From contig CP166615.1 in the NCBI GenBank assembly GCA_041937175.2, forward strand, positions 3,744,001 to 3,808,000: a stretch of DNA of 64,000 bases, read 5' to 3'. Origin of the DNA: Limnothrix sp. BL-A-16. Its GTDB lineage: Bacteria > Cyanobacteriota > Cyanobacteriia > CACIAM-69d. Each line of letters starts with the position of its first letter. The first letter of the stretch is position 1. A program made the position numbers and the translations under genes. The notes under the pieces were generated by a model. That model searched no databases, was not told the origin of the DNA, and saw only the letters and a program-made list of their open reading frames with translations. Below are positions 10,199 to 20,809 of this stretch, piece after piece.

Positions 10199-10873
10199 CT
10201 AGGACTCGATCGCCTGGAATTGTTCCATCAGCCAACGGATTGTGTCTGCGTCGTCGTTGCGATCGGTGCGTTCCAGAGCTTCCGCGACGATCGCCATTGA
10301 CAGCCCCGGCAAAACTTGGGATTCCTCGATCGCCCGGCTGCCCCGATCGGCGATCGCAAAGGCAATCACCTGGCGCTCATTGGCGTTGATCACCCAATAT
10401 TCCCGCACGCCCAACTGTTCATAGAGCAAGCGTTTGGGGCCGAGATCGTCGTTGAAGCTGCTGGCTCCCACTTCCACCACCAAGTCCGGCGGCCCAAACC
10501 GATCAAGGTCGATCGGCTCATTGCCCTTGGGTGGCCACTCAGGGCGATCGCCCACATAGACCGACAAATCGGGCTGGCATTCTTGAACGCCGGTTTTCCG
10601 CAAGCTCACATTCAAGTAGCGAACCACTCGCATCTGCCGTACCAGGGCATAGAACGCCACAATATCGGTGGGCGGCAGGTTCTGGCGAGCATGGTCATGG
10701 CCTAAAGGTGTCATCTCAAAGCGCATCCGGCCGTTGTAGTAGTAGCTGCGGCGATCGGGTGGGGCGGCAGGGTCGTTGGCGATCGCGAGGAATTCGTCCC
10801 AGGTGGCGGGCAACCATTGATCCAGCGGCGGATCTGTAATGGTGGCTGGTGGTGGCGTTGTGGCAAGGGTCAT
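10199..10873 (-). CDS. Uma2-family PD-(D/E)XK endonuclease
   Basis: QPDLSVY, PPDLVVEV, KRLLYEQLGVREYWVIN, SQVLPGL. Start MTLATT at 10873. Confidence 0.9.
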   Translation of the reverse strand: MTLATTPPPATITDPPLDQWLPATWDEFLAIANDPAAPPDRRSYYYNGRMRFEMTPLGHDHARQNLPPTDIVAFYALVRQMRVVRYLNVSLRKTGVQECQPDLSVYVGDRPEWPPKGNEPIDLDRFGPPDLVVEVGASSFNDDLGPKRLLYEQLGVREYWVINANERQVIAFAIADRGSRAIEESQVLPGLSMAIVAEALERTDRNDDADTIRWLMEQFQAIES

Positions 10874-11063
10874 GGGAGCGTCCCCCAGCGATCGGGCGGT
10901 GACTGTTTCCAGTGTAGCGAGACGGTTTGATCGCAACCGGTCAACAGGGCTAATCAGCAGTTGATGACCATTGGTTGATGACCATTGATGGCTATTTGGC
11001 CCCAATCGGCTAAACTACGGTTAGTCGATCGGAAAACCGGCTTATTAAGCCATCAGATTAGCC

Positions 11064-11648
11064 ATGACCGCTGTTGCTTCCCTCCATCATCCTCTTCTGT
11101 CCAAAGGAACCCGCCTGTTTTTGCGGCGATCGCCCTTGCCCCTCGCGTCCGATCGCCTGTGGCAAATCGAATCCGGCGTGGTGCGCACCTTGGCTTGGTT
11201 AGATGACGAATCCTTGGTCACTTTGGGACTGTGGGGGCCCGGCGACTGGGTGGGCGCGCCCCTCTCCAACGTGGCTCACCATCACGCTGAGTGCCTGACG
11301 GATGTGAAGGTGCGGTCTGTGCCGATCGGCCAATGGGCCCCCAACCCTTTAGACCTGTTACGCCGCAGCCAACGCACCGAGGAACTGCTAGCCATCCGCA
11401 GCTATCGGCGCGTTGAAATGATGCTTCTGAAACTGTTGGATTGGCTGGGGCAACATTTCGGCCGCAACACCCAAAATGGTCGCGAGATTGACTTGCGACT
11501 GACCCATCAGGATTTTGCTGACCTCCTGGGAGCCACCCGAGTCACCATCACCCGCGCCTTTGGGCAGTTGGAACGCCAAGGATTAGTCACCCGATCGCTC
11601 CATCGAATTGTGTTATGCCCCGATCGAACATGGCACTACGAAATCTAG
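11064..11648 (+). CDS. Crp/Fnr-family transcriptional regulator (CysR-like)
   Basis: LWQIESGVVRT..LGLWGPGD, HTH LTHQDFADLLGATRVTITR. Confidence 0.88.
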   Translation: MTAVASLHHPLLSKGTRLFLRRSPLPLASDRLWQIESGVVRTLAWLDDESLVTLGLWGPGDWVGAPLSNVAHHHAECLTDVKVRSVPIGQWAPNPLDLLRRSQRTEELLAIRSYRRVEMMLLKLLDWLGQHFGRNTQNGREIDLRLTHQDFADLLGATRVTITRAFGQLERQGLVTRSLHRIVLCPDRTWHYEI

Positions 11649-11788
11649 TTCCCCATCGATCGCGCAATAGCACCCAGAGGCAACCGGCAAATCATGATTG
11701 GTGGGAGACCTAGGGATTGATGACCAATTTCTGGCCATGATTCCCAGCCATGATTCATTGCAAGTTTTGGGGAAGTGAGTTGGAAAAA

Positions 11789-12727
11789 TTAAGCTGAATC
11801 TCGAAATCCCAGCCGATTACTGACTAAGTAATAGGGCCGCTGTTTTACTTCGTCATAGATTCGACCAATATATTCTCCTAGAATTCCCAAAAAAACCAAT
11901 TGAATACCGCCCATAAAAAAGGTTGTGGTCAAACCATAGGCCCAATCTAAAAAACTGTGACCCAACACAAATTTGAAATAGAGACCAATCAAACCCAAAG
12001 CAAAGGCAATCAGGGCGCAAAACAAACCCACATAGACCGTGATTCGCAGGGGAATGACGGAAAATGAAAAGATGCCATCAAAGGCTAATTTAAACAATTT
12101 GCTGATAGTAACCCGAGGTTCGCCACTGAAGCGGGGCCCCCGTTCTACAACAACTCCCGTTTGCCGAAACCCGGCATAGGCCCGCAGTCCGCTGAGATAG
12201 CGATTACGCTCGGGCATGGATCGCAGAGCCGCCGCCACTTTGCGATCCATGAGCGAGAAAATTCCAGCATCAAGGGGCAAGGTTAACCCGGATAGATAAT
12301 TTAAGAGGCGATAAAACAATCGAAAGGCAATGCGTTTGAGGATAAATTCTTTGCGTTTGCGACGAATGGCATAAACCACATCATAGCCCGCTTGCCACTG
12401 TTCCACGAAAGATAAAATGGCACTGGGCGAATCTTGTAAATCACCATCCATCAAAATCACCGCATCTCCTTGGGCGTGATCAATTCCGGCGGCGAGGGCG
12501 CATTGATGACCAAAATTTCGAGAGAGCTGCAAGAGGCGAACTTCAGAATCGCGATCGATCAAATCCTGCACAATCTTGGCGGACTGATCAACACTACCGT
12601 CATCTACAAAAATAATTTCGGCGGGATCTGCTAATTGATCAAGGGTGGCGCGGAGTTGTTGCCATAATTCCAAAATTGTTGCTGCTTCATTAAAAATTGG
12701 AATCACAATCGAGTAGCGAGGTTTCAC
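11789..12727 (-). CDS. GT2 glycosyltransferase (DPM1/GtrB-like, two C-terminal TM helices)
   Basis: SIVIPIFNE, DDGS, SRNFGHQ, MDGDLQD, GEYIGRIYDEVKQRP. Confidence 0.93.
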   Translation of the reverse strand: MKPRYSIVIPIFNEAATILELWQQLRATLDQLADPAEIIFVDDGSVDQSAKIVQDLIDRDSEVRLLQLSRNFGHQCALAAGIDHAQGDAVILMDGDLQDSPSAILSFVEQWQAGYDVVYAIRRKRKEFILKRIAFRLFYRLLNYLSGLTLPLDAGIFSLMDRKVAAALRSMPERNRYLSGLRAYAGFRQTGVVVERGPRFSGEPRVTISKLFKLAFDGIFSFSVIPLRITVYVGLFCALIAFALGLIGLYFKFVLGHSFLDWAYGLTTTFFMGGIQLVFLGILGEYIGRIYDEVKQRPYYLVSNRLGFRDSA

Positions 12728-12763
12728 GGTGTTTACCCTGTCGAACCGCTAGAGAGTATCTGA

Positions 12764-12894
12764 GAGGATGTCTGAAAAGCCAAAATTGCTACTCTGTACG
12801 CCCCAGAGATTGATGTAGACAAGATGCTCAAGCCCCTTGTTCCTATGACAATTAATCTTCAGCCCGTGTTGAAAGATAATTCTCAGACATCCTC
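12764..12894. mobile_element. MITE family A, copy 1 (131 bp)
   Basis: 12-bp perfect TIR GAGGATGTCTGA, flanked by a 3-bp direct repeat TGA (12761-63 and 12895-97). Internal CAAGATGCTCAAGCCCCTTG. Inverted paralogue at 16155-16300. Confidence 0.9.
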
Positions 12895-13044
12895 TGAGAA
12901 TTATCTTGGGAAATGTGTTCTTATTGATAACTTTGAAATTGATAATTTTGACAAGGATGGATTTTAAAGACAAAAGTGCCTTCTTTTGGAAAAGGCTGGG
13001 CGATCGGGCGGTAGCGTGGTTCTGCGGGGCGATTGGATTGGGAT

Positions 13045-13998
13045 TTAACTGGATTTTGAGGGGCGATCGAACCCGATGATTTCTGACAGGGTGTAGAGAG
13101 GGCGGCCTTTGACTTCTTCATAAATGCGCCCCACATATTCCCCCAAAATGCCAATGCTGACGAGCTGGACGGCTCCGAGGAAGAAGATGGCGATCGCGAT
13201 CGCGGCAAAGCCTGTGACGGGGGATTGAGGTTGGGAAATGCGCCAGTAGAACACCATGGCGGCCATGACCAGGGCGATCGCGGCGGAGAGCAACCCCAGG
13301 TAAACCGACAGCCGCAGGGGCGCTTTGGAGAAGGACATTAACCCATCGATCGCCAGCCGCAGCGACTTGCGGAAGGTATATTTCACCTCTCCGGCAAAGC
13401 GTGGATCCCGGTGAAAGTGCACGGCGATTTGTCGAAAACCCACCCACGATCGGAGGCCGCGGATATAGCGATTGCGTTCGGGCATGGCGTTGAGCAAGTC
13501 CACCACGGCGCGATCGAGCAGACAAAAATCCCCCGTGTCGGTGGGAATTTCAATATCGGCCAGTTGTTTGAGTAATCGATAGAACCCATAGGCGGTAAAC
13601 CGTTTGAACCAGGTTTCTTTCTGGCGGGAAACCCGCTGGGCATAGACCACTTGATAGCCCGATCGCCATTGTTCGAGCATTTCAAAAATCAGTTCCGGGG
13701 GGTCTTGCAAGTCCGCATCCAGAATCACCACCACTTGGCCTCGGCAGAAGTTTAAACCGGCTGTGACGGCGATTTGGTGGCCGAAATTGCGGGCTAAGGA
13801 GAGATAGCAAACCCGAGAATCTTGGGCTTGCAGCTCGCGGATCATGGCCAGGGATCGATCGCGGCTGCCGTCATTAATTAACACCAGCTCAAAGGGCCCA
13901 TCCAATTGCTCGCCCACGGCCACCACGCGCCGATATAACTCTGCGATCGTTTCCTCTTCGTTGAAAATGGGCACAATCAGCGAGTAGCGGGGGGGCAT
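13045..13998 (-). CDS. GT2 glycosyltransferase (DPM1/GtrB-like), paralogue of the neighbouring gene
   Basis: [46 protein letters not shown]. Start MPPRYS at 13998. Confidence 0.93.
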   Translation of the reverse strand: MPPRYSLIVPIFNEEETIAELYRRVVAVGEQLDGPFELVLINDGSRDRSLAMIRELQAQDSRVCYLSLARNFGHQIAVTAGLNFCRGQVVVILDADLQDPPELIFEMLEQWRSGYQVVYAQRVSRQKETWFKRFTAYGFYRLLKQLADIEIPTDTGDFCLLDRAVVDLLNAMPERNRYIRGLRSWVGFRQIAVHFHRDPRFAGEVKYTFRKSLRLAIDGLMSFSKAPLRLSVYLGLLSAAIALVMAAMVFYWRISQPQSPVTGFAAIAIAIFFLGAVQLVSIGILGEYVGRIYEEVKGRPLYTLSEIIGFDRPSKSS

Positions 13999-14146
13999 GG
14001 TTGTAGCAGCGGCGACAGGTTGGCTATCAGAATAAATCTTCAGCAGTCTAGCCAAATGATGAAATGAACTGAGGATAAGATTTTAGATACCATCTTCTCA
14101 GTCAACCCTTAGTTAAATTAACTTCCGCAAGTGTGAGGCAAGACAA

Positions 14147-14569
14147 ATGAGTCACTTGAAATCAACAAAATTCATATCACTTGTTGCTTGCATCGGTGCT
14201 GCACTGCTGCCCATCATGGTCGGCTGTACACCATCCACTAGTGATCAGAGTTCAGCACCTTCACTAAGTCCAACGGTTTCACCTACCGTTACTTCAAGTC
14301 CGCAAGCGTCACCAAGTCCAACAAATCCCCAGTTGACAGCAGAGCTATACGCCCAAATCGTCCCTGGGATGACTTTGGAGCAGGTTACCAATCTATTGGG
14401 TCGTCACATCAACGAAGTAGACAACACTAATGATTTTGGCTCTGGCCCAGTGCGAACCGTTAGCCGTACTTGGGGTAACCCGCTGGAGAAGTCGATCACA
14501 ATTACATTCCAGACCAAACCAAAGATGACGGATTTACGAGTCACTACGAAGTTGGCATCTGGGCTGTAA
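14147..14569 (+). CDS. Putative lipoprotein (S/P/T-rich linker, BLIP/SmpA-like C-terminal domain)
   Basis: Signal peptide with lipobox MVGC. YAQIVPGMTLEQVTNLLG motif. Confidence 0.65.
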   Translation: MSHLKSTKFISLVACIGAALLPIMVGCTPSTSDQSSAPSLSPTVSPTVTSSPQASPSPTNPQLTAELYAQIVPGMTLEQVTNLLGRHINEVDNTNDFGSGPVRTVSRTWGNPLEKSITITFQTKPKMTDLRVTTKLASGL

Positions 14570-14594
14570 TTACTGAATCGGGTGCAACTAAGGT

Positions 14595-14639
14595 GCAAAA
14601 CCCAACAGCAGTACTTTAATTGGTTCTGTTGGGTTTTGC
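14595..14639. terminator. 14-bp perfect inverted repeat between convergent genes (REPIN-related, possible bidirectional terminator)
   Basis: GCAAAACCCAACAG...CTGTTGGGTTTTGC. Same AAACCCAAC core as 6138-6221. Confidence 0.6.
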
Positions 14640-14654
14640 GAAACTCCACTCCAC

Positions 14655-15896
14655 TTACCCAAGTCCTGGTAGCCAACCCAAGCCCAGCCCGATAATTGCC
14701 CCGCAGGCCAACACCTGCCAAGCCGCCAACCGCCACCGCAACAGGCTCACGATTCCTAAAATTAAGAGCGCCCCGGTGGCCGCCGACAGCCAAGCCAACC
14801 CCCGATCGATTTGGAGAGCCGCCTGCACCAAAGGCAGGGTAACCGCCAAAATTGCCCCAAGCACGGCGGGTGTGATCCCCTGTAAGAAGGCGCGTACCCA
14901 AGGATTATGGCGCGATCGCCGCAACAGAGGTGCAGCCAACCCCACAAAGCCAAAGGAGGGCAAAAAAACCGCGACGGTGGCGGTTAGGGCCCCAAGAACA
15001 CCGGCCACTTTGTAGCCCACAAAGGCGACGGTGAGCAGGACGGGGCCGGGGGTGACCTGCCCGATCGCCACGCCATGCAAGAACTCGGGACGGGTCAACC
15101 AGCCCAACCGCTGCACCACTTCCAACTCCAGCAAGGGCACGATCGTTAGCCCACCGCCAAAGACCAGGGTTCCCGCCCGCAAGAACGTGCTGATCAGTTC
15201 GGGGCCGTAGGTGTGGATGCGTTCCCAACCCCAAAAGCTGGCAACGGTCAGGGACTCCGGCGGCAAGGTGGCAACAAAGGTGGGCAGCAGAATGCCCCAA
15301 GGGCCGATCGCCCCCAAGGCGGAGCGGCGCGGCCCAAACAGCACCAACCCGGCTAGCCCCGCCAAGACAAAGGCCCACAAGACTCCCCAGGTGCTGAACC
15401 GCAGCAGCCCAAAAGCTCCAAGGGCGATCGCCCAACGGATCCAAGGGCGATCGCCTCCCAGCAAGACCTTGCGCCCCAATTTCCAACAAAAGGTCAAGAC
15501 AATGGCCACCACAGCCGGGGAAATGCCCAAAAACAAGGCCGAAACAGCCGGTAATGCCCCATAGCGAAAGTAGGCCCAAGCCAAAGCCACCACCATCACC
15601 CAAGCGGGGGCAATGAAGCAGAGGCCCGCCAACAGGGCCCCGAGCCAACCGGCGCGGCAATAGCCGATGTAGATGCCAAGTTGGGTGGAGGCGGGGCCGG
15701 GCAACATTTCGCAAACAGCAATGCCTTCGGTGAATTCTTCCGCCGTCAGCCAACCTCGCTGCACCACCACGGCTTCGTTCATGAGCGCCATGTGCGCCTG
15801 AGGGCCGCCGAACCCGGTCACGCCCAAGGTGAGAAAGAGGTGGGCCAGTTCCCGCAGTCGATCGGGCAAGGAAGGGGTGGGCGATGCAGCAGTCAT
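14655..15896 (-). CDS. chrA: Chromate efflux transporter (long-chain CHR)
   Basis: GFGGPQAH, LPGPASTQLGIYIG, second half FGGG...VTPGPVL. Start uncertain (15896-15926). Confidence 0.92.
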   Translation of the reverse strand: MTAASPTPSLPDRLRELAHLFLTLGVTGFGGPQAHMALMNEAVVVQRGWLTAEEFTEGIAVCEMLPGPASTQLGIYIGYCRAGWLGALLAGLCFIAPAWVMVVALAWAYFRYGALPAVSALFLGISPAVVAIVLTFCWKLGRKVLLGGDRPWIRWAIALGAFGLLRFSTWGVLWAFVLAGLAGLVLFGPRRSALGAIGPWGILLPTFVATLPPESLTVASFWGWERIHTYGPELISTFLRAGTLVFGGGLTIVPLLELEVVQRLGWLTRPEFLHGVAIGQVTPGPVLLTVAFVGYKVAGVLGALTATVAVFLPSFGFVGLAAPLLRRSRHNPWVRAFLQGITPAVLGAILAVTLPLVQAALQIDRGLAWLSAATGALLILGIVSLLRWRLAAWQVLACGAIIGLGLGWLPGLG

Positions 15897-16154
15897 GGGC
15901 CAAGCAAACTCCATCAAAACCATCACATCCCAGCAGCCTAACGGACAGGGCGATCGAACCTAGGTATTCTGGCCAACATTGCCCTTGATGAGCACTCGGG
16001 CAGTTTGAGCAGTCAGGGATCGTAGGCTAAATGGGTTGATTGGGCGCAATGGCACTGCAAAATCACGCGGCAACGTTTCAGTTCGATCGGGTCAATCAAC
16101 GGATGATTACAAACAGTTAATTGCAATTGCAAACGAATGATTTCCATTGGCTCA

Positions 16155-16300
16155 GAGGATGTCTGAGAAGTATCTTTCAATATGGGCTGAAGATTAATTG
16201 TCGTAGAAGGGGCTTAAGCCCCTTGTCTACGCTTAAGCCCCTTGTCTACATCGATCTCTGGGGCGTACAGAGTAGCAATTTTGGCTTTTCAGACATCCTC
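16155..16300. mobile_element. MITE family A, copy 2 (146 bp, inverted relative to copy 1)
   Basis: TIR GAGGATGTCTGA, TCA direct repeats (16152-54 and 16301-03). Internal AAGGGGCTTAAGCCCCTTG with a 19-bp tandem duplication. Confidence 0.9.
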
Positions 16301-16336
16301 TCAGGCGGTGGTGTTGGCAAGCTGGAGACTTTGACC

Positions 16337-17257
16337 ATGACCCTTTCCCCGATCGGCGATCGCTTTTACACGGCTGATGTGTTTACAACCCAAGCCTTTG
16401 GCGGCAATCCCCTGGCGGTGTTCCCGCAGGCCAGCGGCCTGAGCGATCAACGAATGCAGGCGATCGCCCGGGAGCTGAACCTGTCGGAAACGGTGTTTGT
16501 TTTGCCACCGGAAACTCCCCAGGGCACTCGACGGCTGCGCATTTTTACGCCAGGGGGCGAAATTCCCTTTGCGGGCCATCCCACGGTGGGCACGGGCTAT
16601 GTTTTGGCGAAAATTGGCGAAATTAGCCTCACGGGTGATGACACCCGTTTGATTTTTGAGGAAGGGGTGGGGCCCGTGCCCGTGACGGTGCGATCGCGGG
16701 CGGGACAACCGATCGCCAGTGAGTTAACCGTGGCCCAATTGCCGGTAGTGGAACCCTGGCAGGGCGATCGCGCGGCCATGGCTCGGGCGATCGGGCTAAC
16801 GGCGGCGGATTTGACCGTGCCGGGCTGGGAACCGGCCACGGCTTCCTGTGGCTTGCCCTTCACGGTGATTCCCCTGCGCGACTTGGCGGCCCTGAACCGG
16901 GCCCGGTTGCAAATCGGCCCCTGGGAAGAAACCTTTGCGTCCACAGCAGCCCCCCAGTTGTATTTGGTGACGGGGTTAACGGGCGATCGCTCCCTGACGG
17001 TGCGGATGTTTGCTCCGGCCTTGGGCATTGCGGAGGATCCCGCCACCGGCTCGGCGGCAGCGGCCTTGGGGGGCTACTTGGTTCAGGGGCGATCGTTCCC
17101 TGACGGCGAACCGTCTTGGACCATTGCCCAGGGAGCCGCGATTCAGCGGCCCAGCGAATTAACCGTGACGGTGCGAATCGCCCAAGGGGAGGTCACCGAG
17201 GTGCGCGTGGGGGGCAGCTCAGTGCTGATTTCGGAAGGGGTAATGTATCGCGCCTAA
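16337..17257 (+). CDS. PhzF-family epimerase/isomerase
   Basis: [46 protein letters not shown]. The ORF-track extension passes through the MITE. Confidence 0.93.
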   Translation: MTLSPIGDRFYTADVFTTQAFGGNPLAVFPQASGLSDQRMQAIARELNLSETVFVLPPETPQGTRRLRIFTPGGEIPFAGHPTVGTGYVLAKIGEISLTGDDTRLIFEEGVGPVPVTVRSRAGQPIASELTVAQLPVVEPWQGDRAAMARAIGLTAADLTVPGWEPATASCGLPFTVIPLRDLAALNRARLQIGPWEETFASTAAPQLYLVTGLTGDRSLTVRMFAPALGIAEDPATGSAAAALGGYLVQGRSFPDGEPSWTIAQGAAIQRPSELTVTVRIAQGEVTEVRVGGSSVLISEGVMYRA

Positions 17258-17296
17258 TTCTGGCTGGCTTAATCTTGGCTGCCTAGTCCTGGCTGC

Positions 17297-17860
17297 CTAG
17301 TCCTGGCTGGGCAGATAACCCAGGCGATCGAGCGCGGCCAACACCTGTGCCGTGCAATCTGCTATGGAGTCCCGATCGGTGCGGCATTCCACCTCCGGTT
17401 GCTCCGGCGCTTCGTAGGGATCATCAATGCCCGTGAAGCCTCGGATCAAGCCCGCCCGCGCCTTGGCATAGAGGCCCTTCACGTCCCGCGATTCGCAAAC
17501 CGCCAGGGGGGCGTTGACATAAACTTCCACAAACTGCCCAATCATCGATCGCACCTCTTGGCGAATGGCGCGATAGGGCGAGATGGCGGAAGCGACCACA
17601 AACACCCCATTCCGCGTCAGCAGATGAGCTACAAAGCCAATGCGCCGGATATTTTCATCGCGATCTTCTTTGCTGAACCCCAGACCCTTGCTCAAGTGTT
17701 GCCGCACCAGGTCACCATCCAGAATTTCCACTCGCTGCCCCTGGGCCTTGAGGGCCTCGGCCACGGCCTGCCCGATCGTGGTTTTGCCCGCACCGCTCAA
17801 CCCCGTTAACCAAATGGTTGCGCCAATCGTCGAAGTTGGGCTTGCCGTTGAAGATTCCAT
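17297..17860 (-). CDS. cysC: Adenylyl-sulfate kinase
   Basis: WLTGLSGAGKTT, LDGD, RDVKGLY, FTGIDDPYEAP. Confidence 0.96.
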   Translation of the reverse strand: MESSTASPTSTIGATIWLTGLSGAGKTTIGQAVAEALKAQGQRVEILDGDLVRQHLSKGLGFSKEDRDENIRRIGFVAHLLTRNGVFVVASAISPYRAIRQEVRSMIGQFVEVYVNAPLAVCESRDVKGLYAKARAGLIRGFTGIDDPYEAPEQPEVECRTDRDSIADCTAQVLAALDRLGYLPSQD

Positions 17861-18039
17861 ACCAAACTGCTTTAAAAATGCGTCTCAAAATGAAACTTGA
17901 GGCCAACAAAATCCCTAGAAGACGGGCAAGGCAATACCGCACCGCTGATCCCCAGCTCCCAGCTCAGCAACCGCCTAGCTAGGCCCCCTGGGGCGGATCC
18001 ACACAGCCACACAGCAGCGGCCCACCCCGATCGGGAAGC

Positions 18040-18327
18040 TCAATCAGCCGTGGACGAATCTTGCGAATTGGTGGCTCCTTCCTTGTCTGTTGGCTTCAGG
18101 TCGGGCACAAAGTCGGGCCGGTCTCTGCCTTCCCAGCCCGCCGGACGCTTGGAGTTATACCAGGCGATCGACCCGATCGACACCGCCGCAATGAACCCCA
18201 CAACATAAACCGCCACAAACGCCCAAGGAAAACCCTGGCTCACACCGGGCAGTGCCAGCAACTGGGAGGTCACCAACGAGCCAAACAACGTCGGCAAGGA
18301 ATGGCCAAACAACAGGGCGGTGTCCAT
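18040..18327 (-). CDS. psb35: Photosystem II assembly protein Psb35
   Basis: TM helix followed by GSIAWYNSKRPAGWE..RPDFVP. Confidence 0.8.
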   Translation of the reverse strand: MDTALLFGHSLPTLFGSLVTSQLLALPGVSQGFPWAFVAVYVVGFIAAVSIGSIAWYNSKRPAGWEGRDRPDFVPDLKPTDKEGATNSQDSSTAD

Positions 18328-18373
18328 AAGGATTACAAAAAGTTACAAACCACTATCCAAACACAACAATACC

Positions 18374-20809
18374 CTAAGGGCTACCACCGCCGTCGCTGGT
18401 GGTGGGGGGTGCGACGGGTGGTGGGGGTGCAACCGGTGGCGGCGGCGGGGCAACCGGGGGTGGGGGTGCAACGGGCGGCGGCGGCGGGGCAACGGGTGCG
18501 GAACGAACCGGGGCCGCCGGTTCCGAAGATCCAGAGCGGGCTGGGGCCGTCGCTGGACTTGGGGCACTGGAACGCGGGGAACGGCGCTCACCCTCGCCAC
18601 GGCTCTCTTCGCCACGTCCCGATCGCGCTTCACCGCTCCGGGGTTGAGGGGAACGCTCCGATGAACTGCCGCTCCGGGGTTCTTCTTCGCGCTCCTCCCG
18701 TTGACGACGCTTCAGATCTTCTTCGGAAGTGGCTTGGCCTTCCCGAGAACCGCGATCGGCCCGTTTCTTGGGTCGGAAGCGACGGCCAGACAGGTTCGGC
18801 AGCTTGTCAAAGGTTTCCACCTTGAACCCCTTCACGGCCTCTTTCATGAAGTCGTGCCAAGTGGCGGCCGCCGCCGCACTGGCTCCATAGGTGGGTTGGT
18901 TATTGTCATTTCCCAACCAAACACCAGTCACCAATTGCGGAATGAAACCAATGAACCAAAGATCCCGCGCCTTATCCGATGTGCCGGTTTTACCCGCCAC
19001 CGGGCGACCTTCCAGGGCTGCGGGGGCCCCAGTCCCGTCATTCACCACCTGCTGCAACATCCAGTTGATGATCGCCGCATCGTTGGTATTCAAGGCCACG
19101 ACTGGGTTCGTTTTGTTTTCATAGATCACCTGACCTCGGCGATCGCGAATCCGCCGAATGCCGTAGGTGGGGAAATGTTTACCCTTGGCGGCCAATGTGC
19201 CATAGGCCGCCGTCAGCTCCAGCAAATTCACCTCCGAAGCCCCCAGGGCCAAGGAGTAGGTGGGCTTGAGTTCTGACTGAATGCCCATCTTGCGGGCCAG
19301 GTCAATCACGTTTTCCCGTCCCACATCCAGCATCACCTTCAGGGCAATGATGTTCACCGATTTGGTCAGGGCCGCAGTGGCCGACTGCCAACCGGAGAAC
19401 TTACCGCTAAAGTTTTTGGGTTCGTATCCCCCAATGCGATAGGGTTCGTCCGCATAACCCGCATAGGGCGACATCCCCGCTTGGATGGCGGCGCTGTAGA
19501 CGAAGGTTTTGAAGGTGGAGCCGGGCTGCCGTTTGGCTTGGGTGACGCGGTTGAATTGGTTGGCGGTGAAATTGGTGTCTCCGCTGCCTACCATGGCCCG
19601 AATTTCTCCGGTGCGCGGGTCGATCGCCACCAAAGCCCCTTGGGAAAATCGTTGATATCGACCGCGTTTTTGAACAGCCTCTTGCACCGCGCGGGTTGCA
19701 ACTGTTTGCCAGTCGGGGCGGAGGGTGGTTTCAACGGTCAGGCCGCCGCGCTCAATCACTTCCGGGGGCAGGTGTTTGGGCAGCTCTTGCAGGATATAGG
19801 ACGTGAAGTGTGGGGCCGTGACGATCAGGCGGCGCGGAATTTTTTGGTTGAGGGCAATTGGCTCGTTTTGGGCTGCGTCCGCTTCGGCCGCACTCAGGAA
19901 ACCGGCCACCACCATTCGATCGAGCACGATATTTCGGCGCTCTTGGGTAATTTCCGGGTTGACCAGGGGCGAAAAATAGCTCGGAGCGGGAGCCAAACAG
20001 GCCAGGGTTGCCATTTCCGCCAGGGTGAGGCGATCGAGGCTTTTGCCAAAATAAACCCAAGCGGCATCGGAAACCCCATAGGCTCCTGAACCGAGATAGA
20101 CCAAATTGAGGTAGCTTTCGGCGATCTGGTCTTTGGTGAGCGATCGCTCCATTTTGGCCGCCAACAGCGCTTCCCGTAGTTTGCGGGTGGCGCTGCGCTC
20201 TTGGTTCAGGAAAACAATCCGTGCTAGCTGTTGGGTGATGGTGCTGCCACCTTCCACCACCTCTCCCGCGAGCAGGTTGGTCCAGGAAGCGCGCAAAATC
20301 CCGATCGCATCAACCCCGTCATGCTCATAAAACCGCCGATCTTCAGCGGCCATAAATGCCTGGAGCAGCTTTTTGGGAATTCGCTTTAGGGGCGTTTTTT
20401 CCCGGGTTGCGGGCCCCTGTTGCTGCAAAATCGTGCCATCGGCAGCAATAATCGTGACCGTGCCATCTCGGGAAAACGTGAAGACATCCTGGGCAGAAGG
20501 CAGGGTATCTTCAAAGGCTTTGACGGAACGCCAGCCGGCCCAGCCGAGGGCAGTGCTGCCACCTAAAAAACTGATCCCAATCAGGATTCCCCAATATTTA
20601 CCAAAGGAGCGGGGACGGCCATCGGAGGGGTGGCGGGTCGATCGGGAGGGCCAACGCAGCCACCGGGGCCAGGGGAAGGCTGCCCGTTGTGGTGTGGCAA
20701 CCGTTGGTGGCAGCGTTGGCAATGGATCAGCCGGAGTCGCTGTCGATCCCTCACCACCCTGGCTAGGGGCTGGTGGTAAATCTGTAAATCCCGAATCTGA
20801 TTGACTCAC
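18374..20809 (-). CDS. Class A penicillin-binding protein (PBP1A) with Pro-rich C-terminus
   Basis: EDRRFYEH, GGSTITQQL, RKLRE, QPGSTFK, GKTGT. Confidence 0.95.
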   Translation of the reverse strand: MSQSDSGFTDLPPAPSQGGEGSTATPADPLPTLPPTVATPQRAAFPWPRWLRWPSRSTRHPSDGRPRSFGKYWGILIGISFLGGSTALGWAGWRSVKAFEDTLPSAQDVFTFSRDGTVTIIAADGTILQQQGPATREKTPLKRIPKKLLQAFMAAEDRRFYEHDGVDAIGILRASWTNLLAGEVVEGGSTITQQLARIVFLNQERSATRKLREALLAAKMERSLTKDQIAESYLNLVYLGSGAYGVSDAAWVYFGKSLDRLTLAEMATLACLAPAPSYFSPLVNPEITQERRNIVLDRMVVAGFLSAAEADAAQNEPIALNQKIPRRLIVTAPHFTSYILQELPKHLPPEVIERGGLTVETTLRPDWQTVATRAVQEAVQKRGRYQRFSQGALVAIDPRTGEIRAMVGSGDTNFTANQFNRVTQAKRQPGSTFKTFVYSAAIQAGMSPYAGYADEPYRIGGYEPKNFSGKFSGWQSATAALTKSVNIIALKVMLDVGRENVIDLARKMGIQSELKPTYSLALGASEVNLLELTAAYGTLAAKGKHFPTYGIRRIRDRRGQVIYENKTNPVVALNTNDAAIINWMLQQVVNDGTGAPAALEGRPVAGKTGTSDKARDLWFIGFIPQLVTGVWLGNDNNQPTYGASAAAAATWHDFMKEAVKGFKVETFDKLPNLSGRRFRPKKRADRGSREGQATSEEDLKRRQREEREEEPRSGSSSERSPQPRSGEARSGRGEESRGEGERRSPRSSAPSPATAPARSGSSEPAAPVRSAPVAPPPPPVAPPPPVAPPPPPVAPPPPVAPPTTSDGGGSP

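Noticed and set aside
12749..12973. Small ORFs sharing peptides with other loci (also the 16121 extension, 31028-31213, 63058-63288)
   Set aside because: The shared peptides are translations of the non-coding MITEs.
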